Source: Yuukianura sp. NJ FZ-2021 (Eukaryota). Taken from it: a DNA stretch of 64,000 nucleotides. Shown one piece after another: positions 57,401-64,000 of this stretch. The stretch lies in assembly GCA_046563655.1 (NCBI GenBank), contig CM102284.1:6634001-6698000 (forward strand), in the 5' to 3' direction. How positions within the stretch are numbered: position 1 is the stretch's first letter; each line of letters starts with the position of its first letter. The notes under the pieces are model-generated. The model made no database searches. It was not told where the DNA came from and worked only from the letters and a program-made list of their open reading frames with translations. Made by a program: the position numbers and the translations under genes.

Positions 57401-60400
57401 AAATCTTTTTTCCAATGGAAAATCTTTTTTCCAATGGAAAATGGAAAATCTTTTTTCCAATGGAAAATCTTTTTTCCAATGGAAAATCTTTTTTCCAATG
57501 GAAAATCTTTTTTCCAATGGAAAATCTATTTTCCAATGGAAATCTTTTTTCCAATGGAAAATCTATTTTCCAATGGAAAATCTATTTTCCAATGGAAATC
57601 TTTTTTCCAATGGAAATCTTTTTTCCAATGGAAAATCTTTTTTCCAATGGAAAATTTTTTTCCAATGGAAATCTTTTTTCCAATGGAAAATCTATTTTCC
57701 AATGGAAAATTTTCTTTCCAATGGAAAATCTTTTTTCCAATGGAAAATTTTTTTCCAATGGAAATCTTTTTTCCAATGGAAAATCTATTTTCCAATGGAA
57801 AATTTTCTTTCCAATGGAAAATTTTTTTTCCAATGGAAAATCTTTTTTCCAATGGAAAATCTTTTTTCCAATGGAAATCTTTTTTCCAATGGAAAATCTA
57901 TTTTCCAATGGAAAATTTTCTTTCCAATGGAAAATTTTTTTTCCAATGGAAAATCTTTTTTCCAATGGAAAATCTATTTTCCAATGGAAAATCTATTTTC
58001 CAATGGAAAATCTATTTTCCAATGGAAAATCTATTTTCCTATGGAAAATCTATTTTCCAATGGAAAATTTTTTTTCCAATGGAAAATCCTTTTTCCAATG
58101 AAATCTTTTTTCCAATGGAAAATCTATTTTCCAATGGAAATCTTTTTTCCAATGGAAAATCTATTTTCCAATGGAAAATCTATTTTCCAATGGAAATCTT
58201 TTTTCCAATGGAAAATCTTTTTTCCAATGGAAAATCTTTTTTCCAATGGAAAATCTTTTTTCCAATGGAAAATCTTTTTTCCAATGGAAAATCTATTTTC
58301 CAATGGAAAATTTTCTTTCCAATGGAAAATTTTTTTTCCAATGGAAAATCTTTTTTCCAATGGAAATCTTTTTTCCAATGGAAAATCTATTTTCCAATGG
58401 AAAATTTTCTTTCCAATGGAAAATTTTTTTTCCAATGGAAAATCTTTTTTCCAATGGAAAATCTTTTTTCAATGGAAAATCTTTTTTCAATGGAAAATCT
58501 TTTTCCAATGGAAAATCTTTTTCCAATGGAAAATCTATTTTCCAATGGAAAATCTATTTTCCAATGGAAAATCCTTTTTCCAATGGAAAATCCTTTTTCC
58601 AATGGAAAATCCTTTTTCCAATGGAAAATCCTTTTTCCAATGGAAAATCTATTTTCCAATGGAAAATCTATTTTCCAATGGAAAATCTTTTTTCCAATGG
58701 AAAATCTTTTTTCCAATGGAAAATCTTTTTCCAATGGAAAATCTTTTTTCCAATGGAAAATCTTTTTTCCAATGGAAAATCTATTTTCCAATGGAAAATT
58801 TTCTTTCCAAAAATCTTTTTTCCAATGGAAAATCTATTTTCCAATGGAAAATTTATTTTCCAATGGAAAATCTTTTTTCCAATGGAAAATCTTTTTTCCA
58901 ATGGAAAATCTTTTTTCCAATGGAAAATCTTTTTTCCAATGGAAAATCTATTTTCCAATGGAAAATTTTCTTTCCAATGGAAAATTTTTTTTCCAATGGA
59001 AAATCTTTTTTCCAATGGAAAATCTTTTTTCCAATGGAAAATGGAAAATCTTTTTTCCAATGGAAAATCTATTTTCCAATGGAAAATCTATTTTCCAATG
59101 GAAAATCTTTTTCCAATGGAAAATCTATTTTCCAATGGAAAATCTTTTTTCCAATGGAAAATCTATTTTCCAATGGAAAATCTTTTTCCAATGGAAAATC
59201 TTTTTCCAATGGAAAATGGAAAATCTATTTTCCAATGGAAAATCTATTTTCCAATGGAAAATCTATTTTCCAATGGAAAATCTATTTTCCAATGGAAAAT
59301 CTATTTTCCAATGGAAAATCTATTTTCCAATGGAAAATCTATTTTCCAATGGAAAATCTATTTTCCAATGGAAAATCTATTTTCCAATGGAAAATCTATT
59401 TTCCAATGGAAAATCTATTTTCCAATGGAAAATCTATTTTCCAATGGAAAATCTATTTTCCAATGGAAAATCTATTTTCCAATGGAAAATCTATTTTCCA
59501 ATGGAAAATCTATTTTCCAATGGAAAATCTATTTTCCAATGGAAAATCTATTTTCCAATGGAAAATCTATTTTCCAATGGAAAATCTATTTTCCAATGGA
59601 AAATCTTTTTCCAATGGAAAATCTTTTTCCAATGGAAAATCTTTTTCCAATGGAAAATCTTTTTCCAATGGAAAATTTATTTTTCAATGGAAAATTTATT
59701 TTTCAATGGAAAATTTATTTTCCAATGGAAAATCTTTTTTCCAATGGAAAATCTTTTTTCCAATGGAAAATCTATTTTCCAATGGAAAATCTTTTTCCAA
59801 TGGAAAATCTATTTTCCAATGGAAAATCTATTTTCCAATGGAAAATCTATTTTCCAATGGAAAATCTATTTTCCAGTGGAAAATCTATTTTCCAATGGAA
59901 AATTTTCTTTCCAATGGAAAATGGAAAATCTTTTTTCCAATGGAAAATCTATTTTCCAATGGAAAATCTTTTTCCAATGGAAAATCTATTTTCCAATGGA
60001 AAATCTATTTTCCAATGGAAAATCTTTTTTCCAATGGAAAATCTATTTTCCAATGGAAAATCTTTTTCCAATGGAAAATCTTTTTTCCAATGGAAAATCT
60101 ATTTTCCAATGGAAAATCTATTTTCCAATGGAAAATCTATTTTCCAATGGAAAATCTATTTTCCAATGGAAAATCTTTTTTCCAATGGAAAATCTTTTTT
60201 CCAATGGAAAATCTATTTTCCAATGGAAAATCTATTTTCCAATGGAAAATCTATTTTCCAATGGAAAATCTATTTTCCAATGGAAAATCTATTTTCCAAT
60301 GGAAAATCTATTTTCCAATGGAAAATTCTTTTTCGGAAAATCTATTTTCCAATGGAAAATCTATTTTCCAATGGAAAATCTATTTTCCAATAGAAAATCT

Positions 60401-63400
60401 TTTTCCAATGGAAAATCTTTTTCCAATGGAAAATCTTTTTTCCAATGGAAAATCTTTTTTCCAATGGAAAATCTTTTTCCAATGGAAAATTTATTTTCCA
60501 ATGGAAAATCTTTTTTCCAATGGAAAATCTTTTTCCAATGGAAAATCTTTTTCCAATGGAAAATTTATTTTCCAATGGAAAATTTATTTTCCAATGGAAA
60601 ATCTTTTTTCCAATGGAAAATCTTTTTTCAATGGAAAATCTTTTTCCAATGGAAAATTTATTTTCCAATGGAAAATTTTTTTCCAATGGAAAATCTATTT
60701 TCCAATGGAAAATTTTTTTCCAACGGAAAATTTTTTTCCAATGGAAAATTTTTTTCAATGGAAAATAGATTTTCCAATGGAAAATTTTTTTCCAATGGAA
60801 AATCTATTTTCCAATGGAAAATCTATTTTCCAATGGAAAATCTTTTTTCCAATGGAAAATGGAAAATCTTTTTTCCAATGGAAAATCTATTTTCCAATGG
60901 AAAATCTATTTTCCAATGGAAAATCTATTTTCCAGTGGAAAATCTATTTTCCAATGGAAAATCTTTTTCCAATGGAAAATGGAAAATCTATTTTCCAATG
61001 GAAAATCTATTTTCCAATGGAAAATCTATTTTCCAATGGAAAATCTATTTTCCAATGGAAAATCTATTTTCCAATGGAAAATCTATTTTCCAATGGAAAA
61101 TCTATTTTCCAATGGAAAATCTATTTTCCAATGGAAAATCTATTTTCCAATGGAAAATCTATTTTCCAATGGAAAATCTATTTTCCAATGGAAAATCTAT
61201 TTTCCAATGGAAAATCTATTTTCCAATGGAAAATCTATTTTCCAATGGAAAATCTATTTTCCAATGGAAAATCTATTTTCCAATGGAAAATCTATTTTCC
61301 AATGGAAAATCTATTTTCCAATGGAAAATCTATTTTCCAATGGAAAATCTTTTTTCCAATGGAAAATCTTTTTTCCAATGGAAAATCTTTTTTCCAATGG
61401 AAAATTTTTTTCCAATGGAAATCTTTTTTCCAATGGAAAATCTATTTTCCAATGGAAAATTTTCTTTCCAATGGAAAATTTTTTTTCCAATGGAAAATCT
61501 ATTTTCCAATGGAAAATCTTTTTTCCAATGGAAAATCTATTTTCCAATGGAAAATTTTCTTTCCAATGGAAAATTTTTTTTCCAATGGAAAATCTTTTTT
61601 CCAATGGAAATCTTTTTTCCAATGGAAAATCTATTTTCCAATGGAAAATTTTCTTTCCAATGGAAAATTTTTTTTCCAATGGAAAATCTTTTTTCCAATG
61701 GAAAATCTTTTTTCCAATGGAAAATCTTTTTTCCAATGGAAATCTTTTTTCCAATGGAAAATCTATTTTCCAATGGAAAATTTTCTTTCCAATGGAAAAT
61801 TTTTTTTCCAATGGAAAATCTTTTTTCCAATGGAAAATCTTTTTTCCAATGGAAAATCTATTTTCCAATGGAAAATTTATTTTCCAATGGAAAATCTTTT
61901 TTCCAATGGAAAATGGAAAATCTTTTTTCCAATGGAAAATCTATTTTCCAATGGAAAATCTATTTTCCAATGGAAAATTTTTTCCAATGGAAAATGGAAA
62001 ATCTTTTTTCCAATGGAAAATCTTTTTTCCAATGGAAAATCTATTTTCCAATGGAAAATCTATTTTCCAATGGAAAATCTATTTTCCAATGGAAAATCTA
62101 TTTTCCAATGGAAAATGGAAAATCTTTTTTCCAATGGAAAATCTATTTTCCAATGGAAAATGGAAAATCTCAATGGAAAATCTTTTTTCAATGGAAAATC
62201 TTTTTCCAATGGAAAATCTTTTTCCAATGGAAAATTTATTTTCCAATGGAAAATTTATTTTCCAATGGAAAATCTTTTTCCAATGGAAAATCTTTTTCCA
62301 ATGGAAAATCTTTTTCCAATGGAAAATCTTTTTCCAATGGAAAATCTTTTTTCCAATGGAAAATTTATTTTCCAATGGAAAATCTTTTTTCCAATGGAAA
62401 ATTTATTTTCCAATGGAAAATCTATTTTCCAATGGAAAATCTTTTTTCCAATGGAAAATATATTTTCCAATGGAAAATCTTTTTTCCAATGGAAAATCTT
62501 TTTTCAATGGAAAATCTTTTTTCCAATGGAAAAGCTTTTTCCAATGGAAAATTTATTTTCCAATGGAAAATTTATTTTCCAATGGAAAATCTTTTTTCCA
62601 ATGGAAAATCTATTTTCCAATGGAAAATCTATTTTCCAATGGAAAATCTATTTTCCAATGGAAAATCTATTTTCCAATGGAAAATCTATTTTCCAATGGA
62701 AAATCTTTTTCCAATGGAAAATCTTTTTCCAATGGAAAATCTATTTTCCAACGGAAAATCTTTTTCCAATGGAAAATCTTTTTCCAATGGAAAATTTATT
62801 TTTCAATGGAAAATCTATTTTCCAATGGAAAATCTATTTTCCAATGGAAAATCTATTTTCCAATGGAAAATCTATTTTCCAATGGAAAATGGAAAATCTT
62901 TTTTCCAATGGAAAATCTATTTTCCAATGGAAAATCTATTTTCCAATGGAAAATCTATTTTCCAATGGAAAATCTTTTTTCCAATGGAAAATGGAAAATC
63001 TTTTTTCCAATGGAAAATCTATTTTCCAATGGAAAATCTATTTTCCAATGGAAAATCTATTTTCCAATGGAAAATCTATTTTCCAATGGAAAATCTATTT
63101 TCCAATGGAAAATCTATTTTCCAATGGAAAATCTATTTTCCAATGGAAAATCTATTTTCCAATGGAAAATGGAAAATCTTTTTTCCAATGGAAAATCTAT
63201 TTTCCAATGGAAAATCTTTTTCCAATGGAAAATCTTATTTTCCAATGGAAAATTTATTTTCCAATGGAAAATCTTTTTTCCAATGGAAAATCTTTTTCCA
63301 ATGGAAAATCTTTTTTCCAATGGAAAATCTATTTTCCAATGGAAAATCTATTTTCCAATGGAAAATCTATTTTCCAATGGAAAATCTATTTTCCAATGGA

Positions 63401-64000
63401 AAATCTATTTTCCAATGGAAAATCTATTTTCCAATGGAAAATCTATTTTCCAATGGAAAATCTATTTTCCAATGGAAAATCTATTTTCCAATGGAAAATC
63501 TATTTTCCAATGGAAAATCTATTTTCCAATGGAAAATCTATTTTCCAATGGAAAATCTATTTTCCAATGGAAAATCTTTTTCCAATGGAAAATCTATTTT
63601 CCAATGGAAAATCTTTTTTCCAATGGAAAATCTTTTTTCCAATGGAAAATCTATTTTCCAATGGAAAATCTATTTTCCAATGGAAAATCTATTTTCCAAT
63701 GGAAAATCTTTTTTCCAATGGAAAATCTTTTTTCCAATGGAAAATCTATTTTCCAATGGAAAATCTTTTTTCCAATGGAAAATCTATTTTCCAATGGAAA
63801 ATCTTTTTTCCAATGGAAAATCTTTTTCCAATGGAAAATCTTTTTCCAATGGAAAATCGTTTTCCAATGGAAAATCTTTTTCCAATGGAAAATCTATTTT
63901 CCAATGGAAAATCTATTTTCCAATGGAAAATCTATTTTCCAATGGAAAATCTATTTTCCAATGGAAAATCTTTTTTCCAATGGAAAATCTATTTTCCAAT
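51464..64000. repeat. Satellite array with 19-bp consensus TGGAAAATCTATTTTCCAA and 18/19-bp variants; runs off the window end
   Basis: Continuous tandem repetition over about 12.5 kb, roughly 660 units by length/19. Confidence 0.99.

Noticed and set aside
51476-63320. Very long ORFs (2176, 740 and 465 aa) and many minus-strand ORFs in the satellite
   Set aside because: The plus-strand unit has no stop codon in any frame and the translations just cycle through three frames of the 19-mer, so these are not genes.
51464-64000. CRISPR-like palindromic repeat array
   Set aside because: There are no unique spacers or cas genes, and the context is eukaryotic.
51464-64000. NFAT/Rel (TGGAAA) and CCAAT binding-site array
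   Set aside because: Short motif matches alone give no evidence of function.

Overview
AT-rich eukaryotic genomic DNA with compact GT-AG introns of mostly 55-90 nt. It looks like an invertebrate, probably an arthropod or crustacean, but the species cannot be determined from sequence alone. From 5' to 3' the window holds: about 6 kb of non-coding sequence; a MATH-BTB (SPOP/roadkill-like) gene; a same-strand tandem array of eight intact SLC18B1-like MFS transporter genes plus one frameshifted orphan first exon (9.6-39.8 kb); a two-exon gene for a secreted, furin-processed cationic peptide; an unknown secreted protein with a 9-bp-TSD foldback element in an intron; tankyrase on the minus strand; a Pro-rich secreted-protein gene broken by one frameshift; and the last two exons of a Cys-containing, probably GPI-anchored protein on the minus strand. 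That gene's upstream intron appears to be filled by more than 12.5 kb of a 19-bp doubly palindromic satellite. Also present are a P-like MITE with an 8-bp TSD and six copies of an unclassified dispersed element carrying paired TGACGTCA palindromes. All gene models were assembled by eye, so exon edges may be off by a few bases and no database searches were run.
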